Shown in pieces: positions 13,561-25,777 of a DNA stretch of 64,000 nucleotides. The notes beneath the pieces are model-generated. The model was not told where the DNA came from, searched no databases, and worked only from the letters and a program-made list of their open reading frames with translations. The position numbers and the translations under genes were made by a program. The DNA is taken from the NCBI GenBank assembly GCA_010093995.1, contig ML992507.1:342463-406462 (forward strand), given 5' to 3'. The stretch is from Elsinoe ampelina (lineage: Eukaryota). Position 1 is the stretch's first letter; every line of letters starts with the position of its first letter.

Positions 13561-14118
13561 GACGGATTATAGCTAAAATTGTGTCCTCGCTATAGTACTA
13601 GACCCGTTACGACAGGGTTTACTCTAGTGCATCTATACGATAGGGATTATTAACTAGCTTTCCGCTAATAACGATATTAGCTAATGTGTTTAATTAGCTA
13701 TTGTCGCGCTATTATACTTAGCCGAGACTATTATAGCAATTATAGAGCAGAAGTGCTACGTAGGCCCTATTATTCTAGCTAGTAAATAATTTATAGTTCT
13801 TACTATATTATGTCTCGACTTGTCGCCGGTAGTATATTAAGTCGGTTGTAAATAGCCTCTACTAACAGAGAGTAAAAGGGGTAGGTAAACCTGTTTCGGC
13901 CGCGTAACGTTAGGTAGTTTATGCCTTTTAGGGGTAGGCGATTAGTTCGCTAAACTAAAACTTCAAATTTTAGGTGAAAAGTAGTACTAGGTTTCCTGTA
14001 ACTATATTTAACAAGGGTGAACTAATAAAATAACCTTCGGTGATTCACTTTTTAGTTTAAACGACTATGCTTAGTTCGATTGTCTACTTTGCTATATTAT
14101 TATATATAATATTCTATA

Positions 14119-17100
14119 TTATTGTCGGTGTACCGTAGGTACTATTAAGCTACTTCTTCGACCGCGAGGATAGAGTAGTCGGTTTAAGCGTAAATACATC
14201 TTTCGTATCTACGTAGGCAGATGTTATATTCTCTACCGACTGTCGAAGGCCTAATAAATAGATCTATAAACCGAATCCCTATCGAGCAAGATTATAGTGT
14301 TAAGGCGGGAGCACTATTGCTCTATTTATATTACCGGACTAAGCGTAATCTAAAGTTGCGAACTAACTAGTGTAACCTCCTCGAAGTAAAATTAGTTAGA
14401 CATAGCTACTTCGATAATGTCTAGGCGTTTCTCTGTTAGCGTCTTTCTATAGTAGACTATAACGACTTTAGCGCCCTCGTCGATCCCGATTACTTAGCTT
14501 CTTAGGAGTCTCTCGAGGCATCCCTAATACTCTACTCTAGTTAGTAATAACCGAACTAGACTATATAGGTCGAACTAACTATCGTAGCTACTACTAGCAC
14601 TATAGTCGTACGTACATAGACGATGATTTGCTACTTTATAGTCTTTAACTCGCGGATGTTCTATTCTATAATCTTAGGAATAATGACACGAAGGACCTAT
14701 ATTCCTAAGCTAGTATAGTGCTAGCATACATGCTTGTTTATCGCTTCTACCCTAGGTACATTTCGAAGAGAGCCTATAGAGCAATTGTCGAAGTTCCCGA
14801 GCCCTTCTATAATGTTAGCGGATTATGTAGTTCCTTCTACACTAGCGGGGCGAATAGGTAAAGGAAGTAAGCTTATAACGACATCTAGCGTTTGCACTAC
14901 TAAATTCTTTTTACTCTCTAAACAGATTATATCCTCGGACTACTCTTTCTTGTGCTACGTCTCTATAACTATAGTTTATGTACTTGCTCTTATACGCGGA
15001 GCGATTCGTGTCTATAGTGCCACTAAAGAAATAAGATGTTCGTCCTCGATTAAAACTTTAGAGTTAGAGTTAGAAATATCTCGTACCTAATAAGCCTCGG
15101 AAGTAGGCGTAGCCGCTAGATGTTTCGCAATTAGGTTAAATTACATCGCGAGAGGAATGTTTAAAAGTCTAGCCACCTATATAGGGACCAAAGCGAAGAT
15201 TTCGAACTAGAAGTAGAAAGCGGCTATCCCGTTTACGAAAAGGGGGCCCCGATAGGCTCTAGCTATCCTTGTATCACTATCGCATATATAGAGAGCTGCC
15301 TCTCGTTATATTACACAGTAATCTCGAGTTAAATCGTGTCTAGTTTATCCTCTCTTATTTCCTCCGATAGGTACGTCTTCGCCGTCCGTAGCTAGAGGAC
15401 AGCTTCTACTATGTCGAAGCTGCCGTCGTTAACTAGCGGGCGTTTATATCTATTCCCTCGGGCTAATTAACCTTATACCGAATGTCAAGCTTAATACTAT
15501 TTCTACGTATACGGTTAGTAGAGCTATACTAATACCGAGTAGCGATTGCCTAACGGGGAGAGGCATAAGACAGTAGGGCGTTAGGGTGTTTCTCTAGAGG
15601 ACTTATTCGGCCTAATATAGAATGAATCTGTCCCTAGCTTAAGGCTAATTAAACTAAGTTAAGTTCGTAGTTAGTAGGGGAGGCGCGGCCTAACCTAAAG
15701 CGACTCTACTATTTGTTAGGAGGTGGTAGCTAGCACTAATAATAGTCGACAAGGACTCTGTACTATAATTGATTTCCAAGTATACTATGTGTAAATCTCG
15801 CTAGTACTCGAGAGTGTAAAATATTAATAACATCGGTAGTAACGCCTCGGCGCTCCTTAACGGCACTATACTATTGTTATTTAATTTAGTTAACGCTAAG
15901 TTTAGTATAGACTAAGTCTCGTACAATTGCTCCTAGTATTACTAGAGGAAGAGATCCTATTCTACTAACTTGTCCTACTTATTATTAAATGCCCTTATCT
16001 GTTAAAAGTACTATAACATTGCTCGGTCTCCCTTATCGATAATATAAAGGAGATAATCTCCTCCTCGATATCGATGTTATAGTAGTTAGTGCCCCGTAGT
16101 ATAATATTCTCGGATTTGCTCTCTCTACTCGCTTGTGTCGTAGCGTGCCTAACGGGATATAGGAAGTTACTAGTTCGGAAGTAGAAGCTAGGAGAGACAT
16201 TAGAGAGCTCCGAGAGATTATGTTCGTCTAGATCAATAGCCGACCACAGGTGTACGATAGCTTCTAAGGTATCCTTAAAGTTATAAAAGTAGTATAAGTA
16301 TAGGCGATGCCTTAGTAGCCGACGCTACGTTCTAAACTAGCTATGTTCTTATAGCGAGAAAGTAGGGACTGTATTCTCTTAAGCTATATAAACTATAACT
16401 CTATCCTAGACTAAGTTACTAGGTCGATTAAGATTTGTCGAACTGTAGTTAGAGGACTATTAAGCAAATTTACCTCCGATGACGACGATAGGGATATCGT
16501 AGGCTTTATAGGGGCCGTAGTCCCTTAGGGGCAGAATAAACTAAGAGAACTTTATTAGTTAAGAACTGAACTGTTTCGTAAATAATACAATAGCAAATGA
16601 AACATAACAATATTACTGCTCTTGCCTTTAGCGTTTTTGTCGCTATCGTGTGTATTATGCATCTAGTATCTCGATGTACTCTCTATGTTTCTCTCTATAC
16701 TAATCTCCTTTACGCTCTTTTTCCGTGCTAATGTCTGCGAAGCGAAGCTTCTTAGGAGTAGTAAGCACTTCCGAGTTCTCTTCTATACTAGTCTTAACAA
16801 TAGGAGATGCTTACTAACTACTACGATATTAATAAGAGTTGTCTATAAGTGTTAGTATATATAGACGAACAGTAAAGAGGTTAACTTACTTCGTATAAAG
16901 TTAGGAAGGTCTTTAATAGATACTGTAGAAGGGGTAAGATAGAGAAAGATCTCGTAGGTACTAGGGACGAGGGCTATAATATACTTAGTGATAGTAGCGT
17001 CTAGATCGAAAGAGTCTTTAATAGCGAAGACCTATATAGAGTTATATAGATCGATCTAGTAGAGGCGGAGGAAATTACCTTTAAGATTAAGGATCTGCCT

Positions 17101-17949
17101 AAGTATACTTATAAAGTACATAATGCAATAATTATTGTCCTTGCCGGGACTAGGCAACCTTAAGTCGTGGACGCGAATATTCTTTCTCGATGTTAGGTAC
17201 GAGACAGATTCCGTTTCGATGACCTCTATAATCTAGATTATAGTAAATTCGATATCGATCTAGATACGATTAGACGCTAACGCCTAGTTAAAGCTTAAGA
17301 CTCTATAATAAGGCTATGTATGTAAGTCTAATCTCCTGTCGCCTGTCTTTATATAAGCGGTACGTCTCTCCGAGGACGGTGTTCTTACTTTAGAGAGTAT
17401 TAGCATTTACGCGGACGAGGTAGCCGAAGGATGTAGACTCTAGGTGCCTCCTCCGCCTAGTAAGGTTATCCTTTCCCTTTTAAGCGACGGTGGAATACCT
17501 AACCTTATTAATTACATAACATTTCGGAGTAATCGCTATATAGCCTTTATCTCGTTAATACTACTTACAGTCCGCAAGTTCTCTATAAACTAGTCTAGAT
17601 CTTTCCGATCTAGTCGGTTAACAAAGAGCTTTATATCCTGTGCCGTACTACCTAGTAGGTTAGTCTTAACTTTAAGGCGTGCATTAAGTATATTCTTATC
17701 GCGTAAACCTCTCCTGTCTTGTTTCTCGATTTTAATACTATAATTAGTAAAGACTTTTAAGATTATTTCCTTTATCCTCGCGAACGCGGTCTAGTACTCC
17801 TAGTCGTCCTATTTAAAGAAGAATTAGAGAGATTTCTTACTAACATTGTTCTCTATAAGCGCATTCTTAACGATAGCTAGAGTAAGTTCGTTAAGCAGAA
17901 TCTTTTCTATAGGTCCGAGCGTATTAGTTAACTTCTTCGTTTTCGGCAT
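14119..17949 (-). pseudogene. Diverged SNF2-like paralogue, copy B (RIP'd, motifs degenerate, possibly split near 16610)
   Basis: Colinear homology with copy A at the N-terminus (FFFK*DD*EY*TA vs FFN*DDDIYTA) and in the helicase-C region (14482-14630 vs 7152-7300). Canonical intron GTAAGT..CTAAC..TAG at ~16845-16890. RPTVLCLSPLG replaces RPFILGMSGTP. Confidence 0.65.
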
Positions 17950-18729
17950 AGTGCTAATATGTATATTTAATGTTTGTAAGAATATCGACTAGTAGAGACG
18001 CCGTGTAGAATAGGTAAACTTAGAGAGGTCGAGATTATATAGCTAGGAGCTAAGGATAGTAAGGTGAGTGCTATAGAGCAATCGGCGGTGATAATACGTA
18101 CCTGTTATCCGATATAGATTTAAAATGCTAAGTGGAAAGTAAATAACAAGTTCTTTAATTAGGTAAAGGTTATGTCTAATGTGATATACCGAAGTAGATA
18201 GTTAAATTTGTAACTGAAAACTAGTTCGGGCCTCGACCTAAAGTGAACTAAGTTAATAGAGTCTATGTTTCGCATGTACTAATCGTGGCATATAATAGTA
18301 AGTAGTATTAGTTCGATGCTAGAACTAAAAGGAACTAAGTTAGTTCACGACTAACAAATCTTACGCGGCGTAAATTAGGTAAGCAAACAAAATGTATCTA
18401 ACTAAAGGTACGTAGTTAGCTGTGCCGAAGGCTTATATATCTCTCCCGTGTATGTTAGCGCTTTACGTAGAGTTATATATATCTAGAACATTTAGCAGAT
18501 ATATTAACAAAGAGTAGCATTGTGTAAAGCGACAATCTAAATGTCTTTATAGCGGACAACAGACAAAACGAACACTAAGGAACAAAGAGACGTATACTAT
18601 ACTTAGATACGGTAGATAAGGAGATTTTATTACTAGTTAGAGAAGGCGAATTAAAGTAATAAGCGTACAGTCCGCGTAGAAAGAAATACATTACTAACGC
18701 TAGAGAGTCACAACAATGCGCTATTAATA

Positions 18730-19680
18730 ACCTAGGCCCGCTATAAAGGCAACGGCGAAGGAGGACGTAGCTAGTATAGCTCCGCCTACGATGCCTTCTA
18801 CTGTAAGCTTATATCTAGTAGGAGGTAGTAGACGTAGCCTTACCTACGACGCGCCTCTATCCCTCCCCCTTTGTTACACTAGTTGTGACTCTACTAACCT
18901 CTCCTAAACATTCTCGTCTTATAAGGCAGGCAATCCCTAGTAGACGCCTCCTTCTCTATCCTCTTTGTATACGCTAGAACCCCTAATAGCGTAGTCGGTA
19001 GCGTAGGCGGACGCTCTATAATAGATTCGGTTAGTTGTAGCTACTAGGCAGAGACGGTATTAGATTTCACCGATACTACGCGGCCGGTATAGAGGATGCT
19101 ATAGAGGAAGGTAGAGACAGCGAAAGGGAGGGAGCTATTAAAATCTCCTACGTACGTAGAAGCCTATATCGGCGCAGTCGGCAAGATAGAGAGGTATATT
19201 AACATAGCTTTACTTAGGTATAACTACTAGGTAGAGACGGTGTTTAATCCTACTAACACTACGCTGTCAGTGTAGAGGATGCTATAGGGGGCAGTAGTAA
19301 CGTCGAGAGGGGAGGAGGTGTCGAGGTCTCCCTATATATACTTAGGCGCGCGGCGGCGTAGTCGGCATAATAGAGAGGTACACTACAACAGATTTGCTTA
19401 GGTGTAACTACTAGGAGGAGACGGTGTTTAATCCTACTAATACTACGCTACCAGTATAGAGGATACTAATAGAGGCAGTAGCGGCGGCGAGAGAAGAGTC
19501 GATATTAACGTCGCTATTATAGATACAACAATAGATGATTATAGTACACTAGGCAGAGGCGTCGCTTTAATAGATAGTTAGCTATTGTCGAGGTTAGATA
19601 GAGGGGAGAGCATAGGTTACGCTAGTAACGCTAACGTCTACAATTAGGTTAGTGTAGGTAGAGAGTACAAACTAAGGCGT
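18730..19680. repeat. ~0.95 kb segment (copy 2) with three ~183-184 bp tandem units
   Basis: Direct copy of 11485-12420 (offset ~7245). Unit markers at 19051, 19234 and 19418. Confidence 0.85.
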
Positions 19681-19974
19681 CATTGTGTATTGTATATGCG
19701 GTGTAGCTCTATCGCTGCGGATCGAGCATACGATATAAATGTAGGGAGATAGAGTTAGGTACGTCGAACTTTAAAATTTTGCGAGTTTTAGTTTAGGCTA
19801 ACTAATTATAACTAAGTAATACTTAGGCATGTGCCCCTTGCAAACTAAGACTTACGACTTCTAAGGCTAATCTATCTCGAGCGACACTCCTACCTAACTA
19901 CTAACTATACCGCTGCTTTCCTCTTCTCTCTTCGCTCTCCTCGGCTGCACTCGTATCTGCTTCTTATTAACTAG

Positions 19975-20790
19975 CGATATACTCGATCGAAGCTATTAAG
20001 CGAGCCCTCGCCCTCGACGACAAAGGCTATAGAGACTTATATAGTCTCTTAGAGGATATTATAGTAAGTAAAGGCATAGTTAGAAGAACATTTAGGTCGA
20101 TTTCTAATAGGAGAAGGCTAGAGAAGGAGGTGCTTCTAGCGGCACTAGATAGTAATAACATCCGATGTACGTTTCGGCATACGATAGAGCTATTAGAGAG
20201 CGGCGACGGTTAAGCTGCCTTCCGTGCTCTCGTCTACAAGATAAGTACGAACTTTAGACGTCGGCAGGTATAGTTACACTTAAGATTATATAAGCCTAGA
20301 GGGACATAGAACAATGCTAATACGCCTGCCTCGATTAAATCCTCGGATTGCTAATTGCAATTATAAGCGCCTTCGCTCTCTAATCGATTAAACGATATAC
20401 TGTTAGTAGTTCGTAAGGATAGAGAGATACGCTCTATCTGCTCGATTAGAGATCTCTTACTTACACGTCGCAAAGCTATAGCTAACGTGTCTAAAGAGGA
20501 CGTAGATATCGAGTTCGATTAGCTAAGAGTAATATCGATTATAACGGACCACTATATGTACAATAGGCAAAGCGATATAATAGGGTAGAAGGACGATAGA
20601 ACGCTACATTTCGCTACGATAGAGAATGCTATTTAGTTTAAGGCTATTATCTTGTCTAAGATATTACACAGTTCGCCCCTATATATCCTAATAAGGCGAC
20701 GAGATTAAGGGAAGCATCCGGCGGAGACAAGCATAAAGTATAATAGTCTAGTGGTAGACTAAGTCGAACTAAAACGTAGTAGGTAAGCCT
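19975..20790 (+). pseudogene. RIP'd cargo ORF remnant, ~270 codons, unknown function
   Basis: Long protein-like frame (IYSIEAIKRALALDDKGYRDLYSLLEDII...) broken only by RIP-type stops. Confidence 0.5.
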
Positions 20791-20899
20791 CGCTAAGCCG
20801 TACCTACTACTAAACCCCGAGGATTTAGTTCAACTAGCACGCTTTATCCTTCCTTACCTTCTAACTAGATCGACCTATAGAATTATTCGTACAAGCTAT

Positions 20900-21640
20900 C
20901 TTTCTATAATTAATTTATTCAGTCTAGTAGTATTCTTATACAAGGCTCCTAAGTATAGATATTAACTACACCGACCTTGTTTCTTTAGCAGCTAATATCT
21001 AGACTACAGAATTAAGCACGTAGGCTTCTCTTATTTGTTTAGGTGTAGAAGTATAGTCTTTCAACAGTTTGCCTAACTAGTCCGGGCCTTAGCTTAGAAG
21101 CTCTCTACTAGACACGTAAGGAGAAGAGTACAATTACGTTAGTAGCTAGTAAAAGTAACGTAGGACTCGGTGGCCTAAACAGCTCAATAGATAGTAACTC
21201 TTAGAGGAAGACATTACACTTATGTAGTAGGAGGTAGGCCGATTACGAATAATAACGGAGGAAAACGCTAGCGTAATTAGACAACTATAGCGAGAGAACT
21301 TTATACTTAGGGAGCACATTAGCAAAGCTTTTCGGGGGTTTAGCGTCGCCTCTACGGACCTTACTAGGGAGTTTAGGGGCTTATTTAGATTAGACAAGAG
21401 TATACGGCGCTATACTAACAGTGCTACTCTACTATTACTAAGTATAGTCACCGACAGCTAATTGACGCCCGCCCCTCGTAGCGACATAATTAGTAGACGA
21501 CAAGTATCTCCGTCTAGCGTACTCTATTCGGACACACCGGACTACAAGGTAGAGAGCAATTAGTACTTTTAATACTTAGAAGACGTTCTACTCGGCAAAG
21601 GGGGGGCTACTAGCGTAATTAGTAAGGGAGCCATAGTATG
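20900..21640 (+). pseudogene. RIP'd cargo ORF with basic region plus leucine-zipper/coiled coil (bZIP-like)
   Basis: YNYVSS**K*RRTRWPKQLNR**LLEEDITLM**EVGRLRIITEENASVIRQL*RENFILREHI at ~21120-21320. Confidence 0.45.
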
Positions 21641-22125
21641 AATCGTGCCACCTATCTACATATAGAAGGGCTAATACCTATAGTCTCTCGAATTAGTTTA
21701 TAATTACTTAGTATAGGTTTAATCTACGATTTCTCTCTGCGATATTCTACCCCTAGTATTGCTTAACGTAACTACGAATACCTTATTTAGTTTAAGTATT
21801 TAGTCTAAGTAAGTTCGAGCATCTTTCTTTTTTAGTTTAGGTTCTAATAATTGGCACGCCGCGAGTTAGAACTAGCTACAAGTTCAATTTAATACCCTTA
21901 CTAGTCACAATTTTCGTAGGGTATAGGCGGGTGTAACTAGATTTAATTAGAAGAAAGTCGCGTACTCTAAACACCAAACTAAGCCGTTATCTAACTTAAA
22001 CTAACACTAAGTTACTATAACTCGTATAAGACGACTATTCCCGTTATAGTATACATTGTTAGGGCCCGTCGTGCTAAACTCTCTTACACCTGTATACCTC
22101 TTAACTAGAACGATTAGGATAAGTA

Positions 22126-24050
22126 ATGTCCTAGTTACGTCGGCGTCGGTATAGCTTAGGCTACGAGGCTAATAATTATTACAAAGACGACAATTTAAGT
22201 TAGGTAGACTAGGACGAAGAAGAGTATAGCTTTATTAGTAAGGAGGGCTAGGCTAACTACGTAGGCCGTAAACATAATATTAAAGACAAAGGAGAAGGTA
22301 TAGATCGGACATTACTACGCTCGATTCAAGATTAAGGGAGCTATAAGCCGATAAGAATAGCCTAGCGTTAGCCTCTATGCCGGTTCGGTTAGTAAAACGA
22401 CATTCATAGGACGTACTAAACGAGTATAGCGACATCTTCGTAGCGGTGCGAGACGAATTACGTGTAAGTACAGCTATTAGGTAGGATTGTAATACGATGT
22501 TACTAACGTTAAGTAATCGATAGCTTCTCGCGCGAATTACAAGGCACTAGCGCTCGATCCGTAAGTAGCTACTAGTGGCTTATCTATAGAGGACAATAGG
22601 CGAATACCCTTCCGCGATTATAGCTAGTAAAGTATGTTACTTGCTAAAGTTAATCACTTGCTAATAACGTCTAGCTCCGAGAGACGCTCCGCTACGGTCG
22701 TAACAATATTACACGATCGGTAAGTAAGATACTCTAGTGCGAATAGCTTGCATAAGAGCTAGAGGATAGCGAGCTACCGAATTAGGCACGCAAGCTACTA
22801 GAGGAACGAATGTATTAATGCAAGGACGGCGATCTAGTACGCGATAGATGTACTTATCGATTAACTACTAACGTATAGTAGCGGAAACGCTTTAGAAGTC
22901 CTTTAATATATAAAGCCTTCCGAGTAGCCTTTGTCGGACGTAGAGGCTTAGCTATAATAGATAGCACTCGCTATTACTTCTAGGAACCGACACTCTTTCT
23001 TGTCTTCTCCCTCCTAGCGACGATTTATATACTCTTAGTTAAGCGAGTAGACGGTGTTAAGTCCTACTTACCTAAGGGAGTAGTAGTGTTCTATCGCATT
23101 AAACCCTTAGAACTCGATTATGTCCGACTAAGCATTTAAAATGACTTCCTCGCGTAGATTAGCTAGAGACAAGCTCTTATTTTTCGTTAGCTAAAGCTTA
23201 GCTTTACCGAGTATGTCGAGAAGAATAGGCTCACCGTTATCGTAGTAGTATCGAACATCTCCCTTTACGCTACTACTATAGAAGGGTTATTAGATAAGGA
23301 GGATACACGCTAAAGGTACGTAGATACCTTCCTATTTTAGTTCGGTCTACTTAAATTCGAACTGACCTATAGAGAAGTTACGTACTTAAGGGCGGACCTA
23401 ATCGCGAAGGGGATAGCTATAACGTAGCGCCGGCACGTAATACTCCTACTGAGTAGCTAGTACAAGGTAGGCTTAATCGTCCTATCGGCTTTTTAGTCTT
23501 AACACAAATAGATAGAGAAGAGCGTTAAGCTAATAACGAACACTCAATCGCTGTACATTAAGGTACTACTTAGTTCGCATATAGAAACGGAGTGCTAAAA
23601 CACTATATAGCTACTCCTATAGCACGAGCGCAACCGGCGTAAGTGCCTAACATAGATAACAACCTCGCCGTAACTGCGACTATAACTACGACTACTCCTA
23701 AACTAGGTTAGGTCGCAGTTAGAGCACACAAGGAGGATTAATAGACTCGTCGACGACATCCTTACAGGCCACTTAATTATACGCGTACTATACCGTCCTA
23801 AGAACCTAATAGCGATTTACTAATAATAGAGGCACGGTGGAAGGATTTCTTAAACACACGGACATAGACGAATTTTTTGTCCTTTGTACGTAAGGAGTTC
23901 GGAGGCTTATTGCGCAAACTAGTGTTATAGTACCGAATAGCCTAGAGGCGTAGTAGCGGTAGCTTAGTAATAGAAGGGGATAGAGGACTACTAGATAGAG
24001 ATACTTTCCTAGAACTAATAAGAAGGGACATTGGATCGCAAGTAGATAAT
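22126..24050 (+). pseudogene. RIP'd intron-containing cargo gene; middle resembles DUF6532-type proteins
   Basis: ATG at 22126, acidic N-terminus, intron-like GTAAGT/GTATGT..CTAA..TAG segments at ~22464-22523 and ~22632-22674. RFRSPLIYKAFRVAF..YF*EPTLFLVFSLLATIYILLVKRVDG resembles the remembered DUF6532 consensus; unverified. Confidence 0.45.
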
Positions 24051-24445
24051 ACATATATTGTTATTAAGAGAAGTATTACGTAGAACGTTAAGTAATATAT
24101 ATACACTCTCGATAATCTCGCATCCTTACTAGACGTAATAGATAGTTAATAAGGCTTTATGTGTTTTATAGACATACGTAATACATACTACAAGGTAGGC
24201 AGTCTAAAATCGAGCTAATCGCCTTTATAACAACGAACTAATAGATCTGCGAACTGAGAGACACCCTAACTAAGACGAACTAATGCGTCGGGATGCGCTA
24301 TACACTATCGCATTTTACGTGTGCTACGTTTAGTAGGTTCTTGCAAAAAAAAATGCGTTGCTTCTAAGTAGGACCTAGGGGTGACTAGGGAATTGCATCG
24401 AACTAAATCGGACTAAGTTAGTTGCTTAGAAGTAGTCTAATGTAG

Positions 24446-24472
24446 CTCCCTAGCGTTAGGGATTTCGTAACG
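24446..24472 (-). repeat. Right TIR of giant element
   Basis: ctccctagcgttagggatttcgtaacg; its reverse complement matches 668-694. Confidence 0.85.
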
Positions 24473-24479
24473 TTATTAT

Positions 24480-25777
24480 TAAGAAGAGAGAAAGGAAAAG
24501 CTATTATAACTCTATTACTAGCTGCTTATACCTAAGCTACATCTACTACTTAGTACTATTATTACCTTTAATAACCCCTATCTATCCCCTACCTCTAATT
24601 ACTTCTTTATAGAAGGAGAACCCCTTCCCTTATTACTACTAGTAGACCTTATAGAAGTGTTAGATCTAGACCTACTATGCCTTATTAGTGCTAGGCCTAG
24701 TATAAAGGCATAAATAGGAGAAAGCTAACTAGAGTAGCTAGTAGCTATAATCCTTATAAGCTCTACTACATAGTTTATTACTATAGTAGCTAAGTTACGA
24801 ACCTTAGTAGCGGTTAGGTTAGTAGGATCTACAAAGTTTATAGGGACTACTATAAAGTAGCAAGAGTTAGTATAAGTTATCGAGGTGTTAACTACACCTA
24901 ATAATGCCCCTAGTATATAGGCCCTTAGTAAGAACCTCTAAGGCAAAGCACTACTAAAAGAGACAGACCTTAGAAGCTCTATTAGTAGGTGTGTTAGGCT
25001 GTATAGAATAGGCTAGGTAATAACCCTTAAGCCACTCGGGGTCCTTATAGGTTTAGGAGAGCTAATAGGCCTTAGAGTTAAAGTATAGTTAGCTAAGGAA
25101 CATCTAGTATATTAGTTGCTATAAGCATAGTAAGTATAGGCCTTATTAAGCTAACTAGGCAAAGTAATACACTTGCTAAACTTGCTACCCCTACTCTTAC
25201 TCTAATTATTACTAGGGTTAGATCCCTAACACTTAGTGTAGCAATTAGTGCTATAGTAGACTACTCTACTAGTAGCACTAGAAGCTATTAAAGTAGCAGA
25301 GTAGTTAGTAGATCTAGTAAGGTTAACTTGCTTAGTTAGATCCTTAACTAGAATAGAATTAGTAACTACTAGGTGTGCACTATAGGTACTAAAGGCCTAG
25401 ACTACTATAGACCTCTAGATAGGATATAAGTTAGCATAGTTGTAATAACTAATTATCCTAAGCCTAAGGAGAGTATTCTAGATTATATCGGCTAACTATT
25501 AAGTCAAAGTCTAAGTTAATTAGGCTGTTAATGTTAGCTTGTGCTATTAATGCTTTATAGCTACTTACTAAGAGCATTAAGACAAGTAATTAGTCTTATA
25601 GTAGTATTATAATTAACATTAGAAGTACTAGGTAACCTTAATAGAGGATTTCTCTTCTTACTACTACCTCCGCTACCTAGTGGACTACTTAGAGCACTAG
25701 CACTAGTAGTAATGCTACTAATGCCTAGCTATTACTACACTATAGCGCTTATGTTATAAGTGTTATTAATGTAGCAT
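24480..25777 (-). pseudogene. Antisense ORF in the copia 3' region with a Cys-rich DUF3716-like domain (RIP'd)
   Basis: CYTKC*GS..GSKFSKCITLPS*LNKAYTYYAYSN*YTRCS at ~25090-25245. De-RIPs to CxxC..GxF..CV.....ACxxC......CS. Confidence 0.55.

Larger units (their letters stand above)
668..24472. mobile_element. Giant (~23.8 kb) TIR DNA transposon with Plavaka-family transposase and cargo ORFs, RIP'd, nested in the copia element
   Basis: 27-bp imperfect TIRs at both ends. Copia sequence on both sides. Abrupt change in CpG content at both ends. Internal Plavaka transposase remnant. Confidence 0.85.

Noticed and set aside
1727..24054. Short ORF-track entries within the RIP'd block
   Set aside because: Mostly chance antisense or off-frame openings over degraded genes; not functional CDSs.
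668..24472. Starship (tyrosine-recombinase giant element)
   Set aside because: No recognisable DUF3435 captain at either end. The element has TIRs and a Plavaka DDE transposase instead.
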